Below the pieces are notes generated by a model that saw nothing but the letters and a program-made list of their open reading frames with translations, searched no databases and had not been told where the DNA came from. A program made the position numbers and the translations under genes. Below, piece after piece: positions 50,400-63,967 of a stretch of 64,000 nt of DNA. The number at the start of each line of letters is the position of its first letter. Within the stretch, counting starts at the first letter, position 1. Origin of the DNA: Octopus vulgaris (Eukaryota); the NCBI GenBank assembly GCA_951406725.2, contig OX597837.1, positions 22,568,001 to 22,632,000 of the forward strand, in the 5' to 3' direction.

Positions 50400-50489
50400 A
50401 ATGTAGTCTTTTCTTCCCTGATGTGACTCAACATGTCTCTTCAGTTTGTATGCTGTAGTGAAAGCCCAGTCACAGCCAGGCTGGTTACA
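50400..50489 (-). CDS. ZXDC: ZXD-like exon, finger 2
   Basis: CNQPGCDWAFTTAYKLKRHVESHQGRKDYI; acceptor ttaag, donor GTAAGT. Confidence 0.92.
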
Positions 50490-50593
50490 CTTAAATAGAA
50501 AGACATATACACACATATAAGAATATATGTTAGCGACAGAGGCAGTTTTAAAGACAGCTAGGACTATATATTCTACTTGTATATATGAAGGTA

Positions 50594-50634
<41 letters not shown>

Positions 50635-50637
50635 GGT

Positions 50638-50669
<32 letters not shown>

Positions 50670-50973
50670 TCTCAAAAGTAAATAGACATCCCTCAATGCA
50701 CCACTTTGTCTTTGCAGACACTACTTGGTGCTTCAAACTTGTTAATGTATCATGCATAAGGAATGTACACTAAATAGTTAATTAAATATCTAAATGCACC
50801 AAATGACATTATTTTGTTTCTAGAAATAAATCTTTCAACAACGATGCCTATTTATTTTTGAAGTGTCTGTGTACATATGCATGAACAGTTTCTTTCAGTT
50901 TTCATCAACCAAATACCCAGCCACAAGGCTTTAGTCAGCTAGCCAGGGTTTACAGTAGAAAACTCTTGCCCAA

Positions 50974-51355
50974 GGTGCAGGAGTGGCTGTGTGGTAAGTA
51001 GCCTGCTTACTGACCACACGGTCCTGGGTTCAGTCCCACTGCGTGGCACCTTGGGCAAGTGTCTTCTACTACAGCCTTAGGCCGACCAAAGCCTTGTGAG
51101 TGGATTTGGTAGATGGAAGCTGGAAGAAGCCCGTCGTATATGTATATATATGTATGTGTTTGTCCTCCCAGCATCGCTTGACAACCGATGCTGGTGTGTT
51201 TACGTCCCTGTAACTTAGCGGTTCGGCAAAAGTGACCGATAGAATAAGTACTGGGCTTACAAAGAATAAGCTCGGGGGTCGATTTACTCGACTATAAAGG
51301 CGGTGCTCCAGCATGGCCACAGTCAAATGACTGAAACAAGTAAAAGAAAAGAAAA
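50974..51355 (+). mobile_element. SINE family A copy inserted into an older antisense copy
   Basis: AAGGTGC is duplicated at both junctions and the older SINE sequence continues on each side. Confidence 0.8.
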
Positions 51356-51528
51356 GGTGCTGTGAAGTGGGATTGATGTGAAACCAGATAGATGGGAAGT
51401 AAACTTTTTAACCATTTGGCCACGCCTATGGCTAAAATAGAAATTATAAAACTGAAAGTTTGTTCAATGGAAGTTAAAAAAAAACAAAAACAAATAATCA
51501 AATTAGCAAAAGACTAAAAGATCGTTAC

Positions 51529-51645
51529 CCGGAATGGTCGTTCGCCAGTATGTCTCATCAAATGTATCTTTAATTTTGATAACTTCTTGAAAACCTGTTC
51601 ACATCCGGCTTGTTGGCATGACCATAGCTTCTTTACAGGAGTGTT
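51529..51645 (-). CDS. ZXDC: ZXD-like exon, finger 1
   Basis: NTPVKKLWSCQQAGCEQVFKKLSKLKIHLMRHTGERPFR; AG/GT boundaries. Confidence 0.92.
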
Positions 51646-54268
51646 CTGATAGAAAAATACAAAAGAATTGTGGCATGAAAAGGCTATGGGCATTGCTCTA
51701 CCAGCACACACACACACACCTTTTATCATTTTTTTTTTTATTTTTACATGGACTACAGCTATGCTGTATCACTGCCTTGAAAGGTTTTAGACAAACAAAT
51801 TGACCTTTGTGCTTGAGAAGACAAGTCAAGCCAAGCGAAATCATAGTCATCGGCAGTGCTGGTGTCACATGTGAAGCACCTCTGCTGATGACATGTGTGA
51901 GGCACCTGTGCCAGTGACACGTAAAAGACACACAGTATATCTACAGAGTAGTTGGCATTATCAAGGACATCCAGCCATAGAAACCAAGCCAAAACAGACT
52001 GAAGCCTGGTGCCTGAAGCAGCTCTCTGGCTTGCCAGTTCCAGTCAAACTACCCCCATGCTAGCATGGAAAACAGATACTAAATACGATGATGATGATGT
52101 ACTTTTTTTTTTGTTTCTTTTGTCAAACTGTCAAGTTACAGGAATGTAAGCAAACCAGCATTAGCTGTCAAGCAGTGACTGTTCAAACACAGACACACAA
52201 AATGAGCTTCTTTCAGTTTCTGCCAACCAAATCCGCTCAGAAGGCTTTGGTCAGCTCGAGGCTATAGTAAAAGACACTTGCCCCAAGTGTCAAGCAGAGG
52301 GACTGAACCCAGAACTATGTGGTTGGGAAGTAAACTTCTTATCACACAGCTATACCTGTGCCTATATAAAAATAATAAATAACTTTAGTGAGTAAAAGTG
52401 TAGCTAAATCCATTTTTGGTTTCCCTTTGAAATAATCTGAGCCACTTATTAAAAATGAAACAAGTTTGATCAATTCTTCCATACTTTAACGGATCTATAA
52501 TTTATGTAGCTTAACTGAATCACATCATAAGCAGTAACTTCCATGTGTCTGAAAGAAAAGGTCTTCAACCATTGTGTGCTGCCTTCCATGCATCAGAAAT
52601 AAGGACAAGAGCATTGCAAATAAATGAAGATCAACACAAAGCGCCATGGAAAGGAGACTGCTGAAGATTAACAAAACAGATAAGTGGACAAGTAATAGGA
52701 TAAGAGTGGAAACAGTTCAGGAAAATAAAAACTCTAAAATGGTCTTTCGTGAAACACGTGTCCAGAGGAAAGGACAATAGATGGAATAGCAAATTGACAG
52801 AGTGGACACTACATCCAAAAAAAAGGAGGGGAAGACCATGCAAAAGTTGGAATGAAGACTTTATTAACCCTTTAGTATTTAAACCGACCATATCCGGCCA
52901 AAATATTTAATCTGTTTTATGTTCAAACTGACCAGATCCAGGCTCTCACACCTACCCTACAATGTTATTCTACATTAGGTAATTACACCATCAAAATCTT
53001 GAAGTTATGAGATAATGCATGATTAAATCAAATCAATGTGAATCAATTAGCATTATGTTTGATAGAATAATCAGAACACTAAAGGGTTAAATTCTTTGGC
53101 ACCTAAATATGGAAGAAGAAAACATCAGACCATGATCGATAGAGAGAACATGCTGAGACATTCGTCCAACAGTAGACAGAACATGTGCAAAGATGAAGTG
53201 AATGAGAGACTACTGTCTTTTCCAGGACAGTCAAGCATAGACTAATCCTCTAGTATTCATATTACTCAAGACCCATCCTCTACAGCAGAAGTGCTAAGGC
53301 TGCTACCCTTGATGAAGAGGATTGGCCTATGCTGGTGCCCTGTAAAAAAACACTTGTGTCGGTGCAACGGAAAAGCACTTGTGCCCCTGCCACGTTAAAA
53401 GCACACAGCACACACTGTAAAGTGGTTGGCAGCATTAGGAAGGGCATCCAGCTGCAGAAACCAAGCCAAATCAAACTGGAACCTGGTGCAGCTCTCCAGC
53501 TGCCACCTTTAAGATTTCAATGATGCGATTGTTTATTTTTAGAATGACACTGTAGGGCAGAGGTGAGAGGCCAGACCTAGCCACTTTGGACATAAAACAA
53601 GTAGAATATTTGAACCAAATATGGCTAGTTTAAATTCTAAAAGGTTAAATTTCTCTAGCTAGAAAAAGAAGCAAATAAAATTAAGAATCTTATCTAAGAA
53701 TACAATTCAACGTTTGAAGGAAATATATAATTCACAGAGACTGTATAGCTTCTTCAGTTAGGTTCACTTCCAATAAAGAAAGACCATGGAGATATATCCA
53801 ACTTAAATTACCAACAGTGCCATAACCAGTCACAACCATTTTACAGAGTGTACTAGGTACATCGTATCAGATCATAGGCAGTAGAATGGTTGCCCTATTA
53901 CAGAAAGACTAACAACTCTACCTTGTGTAGGTTTTTATTCAGAGTTACTGCCTTCCTACAAGGGTAACCTGTTACGTGGTTTCCAGATTTCATACCTCAC
54001 TAGTCTTAAAAATCAAAGAACATCACAAGTAGAAGGAAAATGAGGCTATGTCTTCTATCCATTCAAGCATCCGTATACTGGAACAGCATTCAAAAAATGA
54101 CAAGATGCATAGATATAGTAATTTCTTATAGTGGAGGATGTTGTAGGACATTCCTGCTACTGCTGGGTTTTTGTTTAGAGAGGAAGTATGTGGAAATCAT
54201 TAATGGTCAAAAGTTCATCAGAAATAAAAGATGGGTGGTGGTGGTGGTGGATTGCTATGACAACTTAC

Positions 54269-54349
54269 CTCTGATGGAGAGTCAGATTTACTGCCAGTAT
54301 CATCATCACTTTCTTCTTTCACAACACTTGACCATTCAACTTTACTGGG
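54269..54349 (-). CDS. ZXDC: ZXD-like exon, acidic linker
   Basis: Acceptor tttcag; PSKVEWSSVVKEESDDDTGSKSDSPSE; donor GTAAGT; phase 0-0. Confidence 0.75.
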
Positions 54350-55254
54350 CTGAAATAATAATAAAAATAATAACAACAACAACAACAATAATAATAATAA
54401 TCCTTTCTACTATTGACACAAGGCTTGAAATTTGGGGGAGGGGATAGTCAATTACATCGATCCCAGTACTCAGCCAGTACTTCTTTTTATCAACCACAAA
54501 AGTATGGAAAGGCAAAGTCAACATCAGTAGAATTTGAACTCAGAATGTAATGATAGGTGAAGCATGCTGGACGAAGCATTTCGTCCAGCATGCTAAATAA
54601 TAACAATCCTTTCTACAGGAAGCACAAGGCCTCAAATTTGGGGAAAGAGATTAAGTTGATTATATCAACCTCAGTGCATAACTGGTACTTATTTAATCGA
54701 CCCTGAAGGGATGAAAGGCAAAGTTGACCTTTGTGGAATTTGAACTCAGAACGTAACAACAGGCAAAATACCAAGCATTTTGTCCAGCATGCTAACACTT
54801 CTGCCAGCTTGTCACCTTAAATAATAATAATAATAATTTTTACATTGTTGCATTCCCCATCAATTTGACATGTGAATACTGATTGTAAACAAAAGCCTCA
54901 TCATTCATACAAATGGTGATGTTTGTTTGCAGTCCATTGAAAAGCATGTCTGGTCTTCTTGACACGAGTGCACAGAGTGTAAAGAAAAGCCTCACCATCA
55001 ATAGTGTTGTTAGCTTGCAGTACTTAAAAAAAATCATGCCTAGGCTGTTCATTATTCTACAGACTGGAGGAGTGAGGGGGCAAATGATTATTACTTTGTT
55101 TGGAAATAGGTGAAGGTTGGCAACAGGGAGGGAATCCAGGCAAAGAAAATTATGCCACAACAAAGTCTCATCCGACCCCTTCAAGTATGAAAAATGTGAT
55201 GTTAAAATGTTGATGATGACGATGACGACATCATGGTAAGAGAGGAACACTAAC

Positions 55255-55343
55255 CTGCTGTTTGACATTTCCATTGGTCATTGGTACTGTCATTAAGAAA
55301 CTGTTTCCATTCTCAGCTGGGTTAACTGGTAACAATAGATAAC
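55255..55343 (-). CDS. ZXDC: ZXD-like exon, N-terminal region
   Basis: Pyrimidine tract plus ttgcag; YLLLPVNPAENGNSFLMTVPMTNGNVKQQ; donor GTTAGT. Confidence 0.7.
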
Positions 55344-58184
55344 CTGCAAGAGAAGTAGGGTTAGAGTGAAGAGCAGTTGTAAATCACGATGGGTTCAATC
55401 CTAACTGAAACTAATTCTACTCACTCAAAAAAACCTCCCAAAAAACCTGTTACTTTGATGTTATTTCCTTTTGAGTTCTTATGTATATAAAAATGTGCAT
55501 ATGTATGTGCGAGTGTTTGTATGTTTATGTCGCCTTGTTTTGCCATCATATGATAGTTGTAAATGAGTTTCACTGTCATACAAGCAGTGTAATCTACTCC
55601 AATATTCTATGAAAAATATGTCTAACCATGTCACCTTGCTTGGAAGCAGATGTCAGTTGGGGACAGGAATAGCCATAGAATATCTTCCTCAATAAACTCC
55701 ATCCAGCCTATGTAAGCACGGACAAGTGGAAATTAAAATGATAATGACGATGTCTTTGGAATACTCAGCCACTTACACACTAATTCAATAAGTTGGTAGT
55801 TCAGTTGAAAGTGGTGAACATTCATTTATAAGTGTAACCATTTTCTCATTGCAGACTTATGTCTTCAATGAGAAATTGGTATATATGATAGACTTCCCTG
55901 CAATTTCAATCAACCAAATTCCACTACTTACAAGATGAAGCAATAATAGATGAGATTTTACCTAAAGTACAATGGATTGAACACAGAACCACATGGCTGA
56001 CAAAGTTCTTAAATACATACAGTCATGAATTATACCAAGCAGTGAGTTTGATGAAGGAGATCTGAGTATCACATCAAGTTGGTCAAATAATTACACTAGT
56101 TTCAAATTTTGGCACAAGGCAGCAAGTTCAGGGGAAGGAGTAAGTCAATTACATTGACCCCGGTGCTTAACTGGTACTTATTTTATTGACCCTGAAAAGC
56201 ATGAAAGCCAAAGTTGACTTCAGTGGAACAAAGGGCGTTTGGCATTGGGAAGGGCATCCAGCTGTAGAAACCATACCAAATCAGATTGGAACCTGGTGCA
56301 ACTCTCTAGCTTATCCATTTCAGTCAAATTAAGCCAGTGGTGCACAGATTTTTCAAAAAAATTTTACATGCTGGTCCCCTTAGTTTTTCTGTTGATTTGC
56401 AGTTCCCTATTAATTGCAGGATAATTAACATGGAAAAAATGACATACATTTTATGTACCATAATTTCCAGACTATCAACCACACTAACCATACATGCACA
56501 ACTTAATCCACACAATATCTCATTGAGATACAATAAATACACATGAAAATATGGGGAATCATTTGATCAACTGGTTACAAAACAAATGAAGAATAAAAAC
56601 AGCCTGAAAATATCCTCAGCATCTGGTATTAACAACTGCATAAGACCCATTTATGCCCATTTTGTAGAAAGAAACCATGGTTCATACACTGAAAACTATG
56701 GTGTATATACATACATAACTATGGTTCTTGAACTTTTGGCATCACCTTCCCCATTCACCATGTTTGGGATGCTATTCCTCCCCATTGTCAGGTCATGCCT
56801 CATAGTGATTATCCACGAGGTGTATTTCAACCAATTTAGCTATTTTCAGCAGAAGAATTTTAATAGCATTCCAAAATGTACAGAAGTTTCTGCCAACTGG
56901 ACCACTAGTAATCATGGAAAAACCATAACTTTAGTAGAAACACTGTCTTCTCCTCAACTGAAGGTCTGCCATCCCTTTTCCTGAATCCCTGATACATAAC
57001 ATGACAACAACAAAAATCATACAAGAAATTAACTATTCACAAAAGCAAACCATCTCTTCTATGTTTGGCTCTATTTTGGAGAGGGCAATTCTCATTTCTG
57101 ATGTAACATCCAATCGATTTCATGACTTTGTCTTGATGGCAAAAAGAGTGGAAAATGCAGTCTCACACTCATGGGTGGTTGGAAATGGCACCAGTACTTT
57201 AAGAGACATCTTTGCAATATCAAGATATGACTGTGCTATGGCTGAGTATAGAAATATTTTGTTTATAAGGTTTTTGTGTGGGGTGTTATTTTTTGGGGGT
57301 GGATTTTTAAGGATTTTAGAATATTGGGTTATACAAGTTGATTAGCTATTATGTGGGATGAGAAAGGGTGTCTGGCAAAGGGCACGGTCATGCAGAAACA
57401 TGCACCAATGAGGATAACAATGGTGAGAGAAATGTAAATGTGTGGATTGCAATAGTGGAGTGGTAAATCACGTGAGCATTGAACACTGACAAGCACATGC
57501 ACGATCAACTGTTACACCTGCATATTTTCCATCGGCCAATCACATTTGTTGTTGTTGATTAGCAAATGTGTGTGTAAGAGTGGATGGGGTTTTGAGATCA
57601 ATGACAAAAAAGGATGATAGTGTGAAAATATTTGAAAGTCTTGAAATTTTAAACTTAACTGTCTCAAGCCACTTGTTTTTACAAAACTTCAGCATCCCCT
57701 CGTGGTCCCCTAAGGGATTTTGAGAACAACTTTTCTAACCCATGCCAGCATGGAAGGCAGACACATGATGATGTTTATGAATGTAAAGACAGAGGAAATG
57801 CCATTAAGCATTTTGCTTGGTGTACTAATGAATCTGCCATCTCACTACCTTAGCCAATCAAATAATTACATTAAAAGCTCCCTCTGTTAACAATGAATAG
57901 TTATAATAATAGTTATAATAATGTGACTTTAAATGTGGAGCTATTGATGTGAGACATGTATGTTGAAGTCACTTGGAAGCATGTGTTCTATACAATTATT
58001 CTCTCACATCCAAAAAGCTCTAAAACACAGATAAACAAAAATAGAAGCATGGCAATTGAATATTCAAATCTGTAGCAGATATTTCAATGTTTTAACCAAA
58101 GCACTCTATCCTACATTGTCTTAAGGTACCTGTCAACAATAGGTATAATGAGATCATAACGGCAATATTATATGTGATAAACTA

Positions 58185-58568
58185 AGGCTGAAGACGCTCG
58201 ACCTTTATTCTCTAGAAAAACGATGACGCCGTGGTGATCTCATTTTCGCTCACAACATCATAAGCAGAAAGTGTAACCTCTTGAAAGAGCTGTTCTTTAC
58301 TCCTGCTCCAGAGCGTCGGCTGCGGGGTCACTCCGAAAAGCTCTATCTGCGACGATTTCATCTCAATCGAAGGAGAGGGGCTTTCTCTGTCCGGGTTGCG
58401 GATCTGTGGAATAAGCTGCTGGACGAGATAGTGAAGATGCTGACGACCGCTCGGTTCAAAGTCTCTCTTGACCAGAAATGGCCTGAACTCTTTGTATGAC
58501 CACCCTCCCTGTACATAACTCCATGTCCCCAAACATGGCCTTGCTTTTTGAGCCAAAAAATTAACTTA
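58185..58568 (+). mobile_element. CR1/L2-type LINE 3' fragment
   Basis: Near-identical to 558-935 and 42327-42732. Confidence 0.85.
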
Positions 58569-60169
58569 TCTAGAACATTTATTTCATTTTACGACAATCA
58601 CGTAAGTGGTCCCCTTTAATCCTTTAGCATTCAAACCGGCCGTATCTGGCCAAAATATTTAACCTGTTTTATATTGAAACTGACCAGATCTCGCCTCTCA
58701 CCTCAGCCCTACCATGTCATTCTAAAACTAAAAAATCACATCACTGAAATCTCTAAACTACAAGATTATGCATGATTAATTAAAACCATTTTAAATAGAC
58801 AAACATCACATTTGACAGAATAATCTGAACACTAAAGAGTTAAATATATCTTTACAGTAGTTTGTATGTATTTCATAAGTTCCATTCTTTTCAATATCTC
58901 TAGCTGATTTTAGATAATTCATGCAACCTATAATACCTATATTGTCTATTGATTATAGACTTTTCAGAAATACTTAAATAAAAAAACTCTATAAACTATT
59001 AATCGATCTCACTTGGTAGTTCTAACTTGCAATTTACTTAAAAACATAGCAGGTATGATAGATGATGATTAAGAAATTTTTGAATATGAATTTGAAATAA
59101 CATTTAGCTCCTTATTTGGTATTTCTGAATGTACATGCACATACATCTTGACCAGTATTTTATTTAGCGGTTTTTTTAAAATAGATATTTATTAGATTTC
59201 TTAGTGAGATAGTCAAGAATTAACTATTAGATATTTAAACAGCCAAGTCCTTTAATTTTTTAGTCTTGATTCAAATTTTGTGAGTGGAAGAATGCATATA
59301 CTAATACCTATATAATAATGATAACTAAGAAAATATTCACAGCATATTTTAAACGTCTTTTTGTATATTTTCCTTTATATCTCACTATAGAAGAGTACAA
59401 ATTTGACCTTCATGATGTCCCTTTATGGACATCTTGGTCCTTTTTGTCAGAAACAATTGTCTAGGATTATGGAATAAAAGGATAATCCATTTTAACATCT
59501 AATCTGCTTCATATCATTTATTTGATGAAATTTATTGAACTTTGTTGCATAAATTAAGTCTTATATTATTTGTTTACTTACATTCATACCTATACAATTT
59601 AAAAATTCGTAAATAACATATGAAAAGGCATTAGAAAAAATTCCTATTAAAGGACGAAGATATATTCATCCAGATGAATATAATTTATATATATTTATTC
59701 TCTTCCTCTATTCTTTTATTTGTTTCAGTTGTTTAACTGTGGCCGTGCTAAAGTAACACCTTTGGTTGAACAAATTGACTCCAGGACTTATTCTTTGTAA
59801 GCCTAGTACTTATTCTATTGGTATCTTACTGAACCGCTAAGTTACAGGGAGCTAAACACACCAACATCAGTTGTCAAGTAATAGTGGTGGGGCAAACAGA
59901 CACACAAACACATATATATCATCATCATCGTTTAACGTCCGCTTTCCATGATGATGATGATGATATATATGTGCTTATATATATATATATATATATATAC
60001 ATATATACACATATGACGGACTTCTTTCAGTTTCTGTCAACCAAATCCACTCACAAGGCTTTGATTGGCCCAAGGCTACAGTAGAAGACACTTGCCGAAG
60101 GTGCCACACAGTGGGACTGAACCCGGAACCATGTGGTTGGCAAGTTGTCTCTTTCTTTCTCCAACAAAA

Positions 60170-60510
60170 TGTAAGTACCTGGTTCAGAGGGAAGCTATTA
60201 TGCTATTGCGTCATTTGTCTCAACATAAATTATGCAATGGTACAACACTAATTGTGCACAGACCCATGAGGAACTACACTGAGGCAAATATTCTCAGTGG
60301 CTGTGGTAAAGGTTAAGACCATCTTCATTCCTGTTATACCAATTATACTATCTAATGTCCCATTCCAGTTTAAGTGGTTACAATTTCTCATCTGTGTTTC
60401 TTTTGCCATGAGCATTCATAAAAGTCAGGGTCAAACACTAAAAGTGCTGGATTGCAATTTGAACAACTATGCTTTGCACATGGCCAACATTGTGTAGGAG
60501 CATCACATGC
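60170..60510 (+). pseudogene. Frameshifted Helitron RepHel / PIF1-helicase C-terminal fragment
   Basis: IMLLRHL...LCNGT.LIV...ILSGCGKG, then IFIP.IP...PFQFK.LQF...FAMSIHKSQGQTL. Confidence 0.85.
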
Positions 60511-60558
60511 GGGACCAAAAGCAAAATAAAATGAAAACATTGTTTATAAAGAAATATA

Positions 60559-60721
60559 GGCGCAGGAGTGGCTGTGTGGTAAGTAGCTTGCTAACCAACC
60601 ACATGGTTCCGGGTTCAGTCCCACTGTGTGGCACCTTGGGCAAGTGTCTTCTGCTATAGCCCCGGGCCGACCAAAGCCTTGTGAGCGGATTTGGTAGACG
60701 GAAACTGAAAGAAGCCTGTCG

Positions 60722-60758
<37 letters not shown>

Positions 60759-60953
60759 TTGTCCCGCAACATCGCTTGACAACCGATGCTGGTGTGTTTA
60801 CGTCCCCGTAACTTAGCGGTTCGGCAATAGAGACCAATAGAATAAGTACTAGGCTTACAAAGAATAAGTCCCGGGGTCGATTTGCTCGACTAAAAGGCGG
60901 TGCTCCAGCATGGCCACAGTCAAATGACTGAAACAAGTAAAAGAGTAAAGAGT
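60559..60953 (+). mobile_element. SINE family A copy
   Basis: Matches 2035-2450. Confidence 0.85.
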
Positions 60954-61322
60954 ATTCACTCTTAATGCAACATGAATACTTCAATAACTTAATTTACCAT
61001 TACTACCATTACATTCAAGAATGACTAAATTACCTATTTAAATGAACTGTATCATATAAATGCCATTACTGTATTGATAAATAAAATAACACATACAGCT
61101 CACTTATTACTGTCATATAATAAACAAACACAAGTTCATGTATGAAACTGTTCTTTCTAATTCAATTGTAACATATTTATCTCTTATAAAAATACACACA
61201 TACAGGAGGAGTAAATTATATATATAATAATACTTTGAATGTGGCAACTGAGAAACAGTAAAAGTAATTACCCAATCAATGATGGGTATTACAGCTAGAA
61301 GACACACACACGTGTGTGTGTG

Positions 61323-61394
<72 letters not shown>

Positions 61395-61399
61395 ATGTT

Positions 61400-62820
61400 A
61401 TCAGAACTAGTGTGGAAACAAGGATTAGAATCGAAGGGCCTTAGAGTCAACCTAGCTAAAACCAAAGTCCTAATAAGTAGGAAGGCAGGCAAACCACAAA
61501 TCCCTTCAGGTAGATGGCCCTGCTCGATCTGTAGTAGAGGCGTAGATAGAAACTCTATAAGATGTACCCAGTGTAAGCTATGGACACATAAGAGGTGCAG
61601 TAATATCAAAGGAAGGCTAACCGGGAAGATAGTTTTTGTATGTGGCAGATGCTCGGGAGCAATAAACACTGAAAATGCGCAGAGACCAGCTTCCGCCTCA
61701 TTCCAGGGAGAAAAACTAGAAGTAGTTGATAGCTTCCATTACCTAGGTGACCAAGTCAGTAGTAGGGGAGGGTGCGCTGAAAGTGTAGCTGCTAGAATAA
61801 GAATAGCCTGGGCAAAGTACAGAGAGCTCTTACTCTGCTGGTGACAAAGTGCCTCACGCTCAGAGTAAAAGGTAGACAGTATGATGCATGTGTACGAACA
61901 GCCATGCTACATGGCAGTGAAACATGGGCTGTGACTGCTGAGGACATGCATAAGCTTGCAAGGAATGAAGCCAGTATGATCCGACGGATGTGTAATGTCA
62001 GTGTGCATAATTGACAGACTGTAAGTACCTTGAGAGAAAAGTTGAACCTAAGAAGCATCAGATGTGGTGTGCAAGAGAGACGACTGTGCTGGTATGGTCA
62101 TGTGGCGAGAATGGATGAGGATAGCTGTGTGAAAAAGTGCCACAGCCAAGCAGTTGAGGGAACCTGTGAAAGAGATAGACCCAGGAAGACCTGGGATGAA
62201 GTGGTGAAGCACAACCTTTGAACTATAGGCCTCACCAAGGAAATGACCAGTGACCGAGAGACTTTTGGAAATATGCTGTGCTTGAGAAGACCTGGCAAGC
62301 CAAATGAGACCATAACCTCATGGCCTATGCCAACCAGCCCACTTGTACATATCTTTTCCTTCTTTGGACACTAAACTCTGCTTGTGAAGACCTGTTGAGG
62401 CAAGTAAAATCAAAATCGATGACTGGCATCCATGCTAGTGGGGTGCAAAGAGCACCATATGAGTGTGATTGTTGACAGAGCGGCTAGCCGGCTTCCATGC
62501 CAGTGGCACATAAAAGGCACCATTCGAGTGTGATCATTACCAGCGTCGCCTTACTGGCACTTGTGCCCCGTGCTAGTAGGGTGCTAAGAGCACCATCCGA
62601 GCATGATTGTTGCCAGTACCGCCTGACTGGCCACCGTGCTGGTGGCATGAAAAAGCACCCACTACACTCTCAGAGTGGTTGGCATTAGGAAGGGCATCCA
62701 GCTGTAGAAACTCTGCCAGATCAAGATTGGAGCCTGGTGCAGCCATCTGGTTTGCCAGCCCTCAGTCAAATCGTCCAACCCATGCTAGCATGGAAAGCAG
62801 ACGTTAAACGATGCTGATGA
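61400..62820 (+). mobile_element. 5'-truncated RTE-type LINE (RT C-terminal half with PHD-like finger, 3' UTR, GAT tail)
   Basis: WKQGLESKGLRVNLAKTKVL...CSIC...CTQC...H..C...CGRC...VDSFHYLGD...WYGHVARM...RPRKTW; contains frameshifts and stops. Confidence 0.88.
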
Positions 62821-63068
62821 CGACGTGTGAAATCAAAATTGCTGACGTGGCCAATAACAGTACCGCCTGATTGGCACTTGTGCCAGTGGAACATTAAAAG
62901 CATATCCGAGTATGATCGTTGCCAGAGTCATGGATAGGCTCCCATACCGGTGGCACACGAAAAACAACATTCAAGTGTGGTCATTGCCAGTGCCACATCT
63001 GGCTCACCAGTCCTCAGTCAAACCGTCCAACCCATGCCAGCAGCGGACGTTAAACGATGATTATGATG

Positions 63069-63101
<33 letters not shown>

Positions 63102-63967
63102 CATCATCATTTAGCGTCCGCTTTTCCATGCTAGCATGGGTTGGACGGTTCAACTGGGGTCTGGGAAGCCAGAAGGCTGCACCAGGCCCCGTCTGATCTG
63201 GCAATGTTTCTATGGCTGGATGCCCTTCCTAACGCCAACCACTCCATGAGTGTAGTGGGTGCTTTTACGTGCCACCAGCACAGGTGCCAGACGAGGCTGG
63301 CAAACGGTCACAATCGGTTGGTGCTTTTTACGTGCCACCAACACAAAAATTTTATATTATATAAAACAATACCATTAAGGATTAATACAACCACATCCAG
63401 ATTAAAAGTCCAGTGCCTATTTGGCTTCAGCCACTTAACAAGGTTAATTGATAACAACCATGTTATGAACCTCATCAATACACAAAAGTATATAAGAACA
63501 ATCATACTACGTCCACAAAATGTCAGCATCAAGCCGCGGCTTCAAAACCAAAGTGGTGTGAAGAGGAAAATATATGTACACACACACACATACTGATGCT
63601 TTACTTGAATCAGAGAGCATTACCAGTTTCATAGCTGAGTATGTCTGGAAGAATCTTTCACTCCCAACATCTTGGCAATGTCTGTAAACTGGTTTGGCAA
63701 CTCTTCCTCATCCTGTATTTTGAACTTTTCCAGCAGTTATTTGCATGAAAAGATGCACTGAAATGTTTTGACTAATTTGTGTTCTTGTATAATTCTGGAA
63801 CACTGAATTCCAAACCAGTCTCCTCACAGTGAAAATTGAAACTGCTTGTTATCATAGCAACTCCAGTGAATCGTTGCTGTGGGTGAAAGAATTGACAGCT
63901 ATTAGATTTCGTAAGGAGGAATTAGGGGCTGATATCACTATCACCGTACACTATTGAATTTGTTTAA

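Larger units (their letters stand above)
31776..55343 (-). other. ZXDC: Gene span (5'-incomplete): ZXD-family ten-finger C2H2 transcription factor
   Basis: 12 phase-compatible exons (1613 nt). Ten C2H2 fingers with ZXD-like sequences recalled from memory (WAFTTAYKLKRH, FTTIYNL, RAEHLKGH, SSLYIH), plus C-terminal QLLQDDP and TINLQDLE*. Confidence 0.88.

Noticed and set aside
56580-57240. Plus-strand ORFs of 132 and 114 aa
   Set aside because: No recognisable domain; the region appears to be the antisense of a decayed LINE.
63594-63900. Possible upstream ZXD exon
   Set aside because: The frame required by the phase-1 junction has a stop just before the candidate donor, and the other frames I read also terminate; it looks like decayed repeat.
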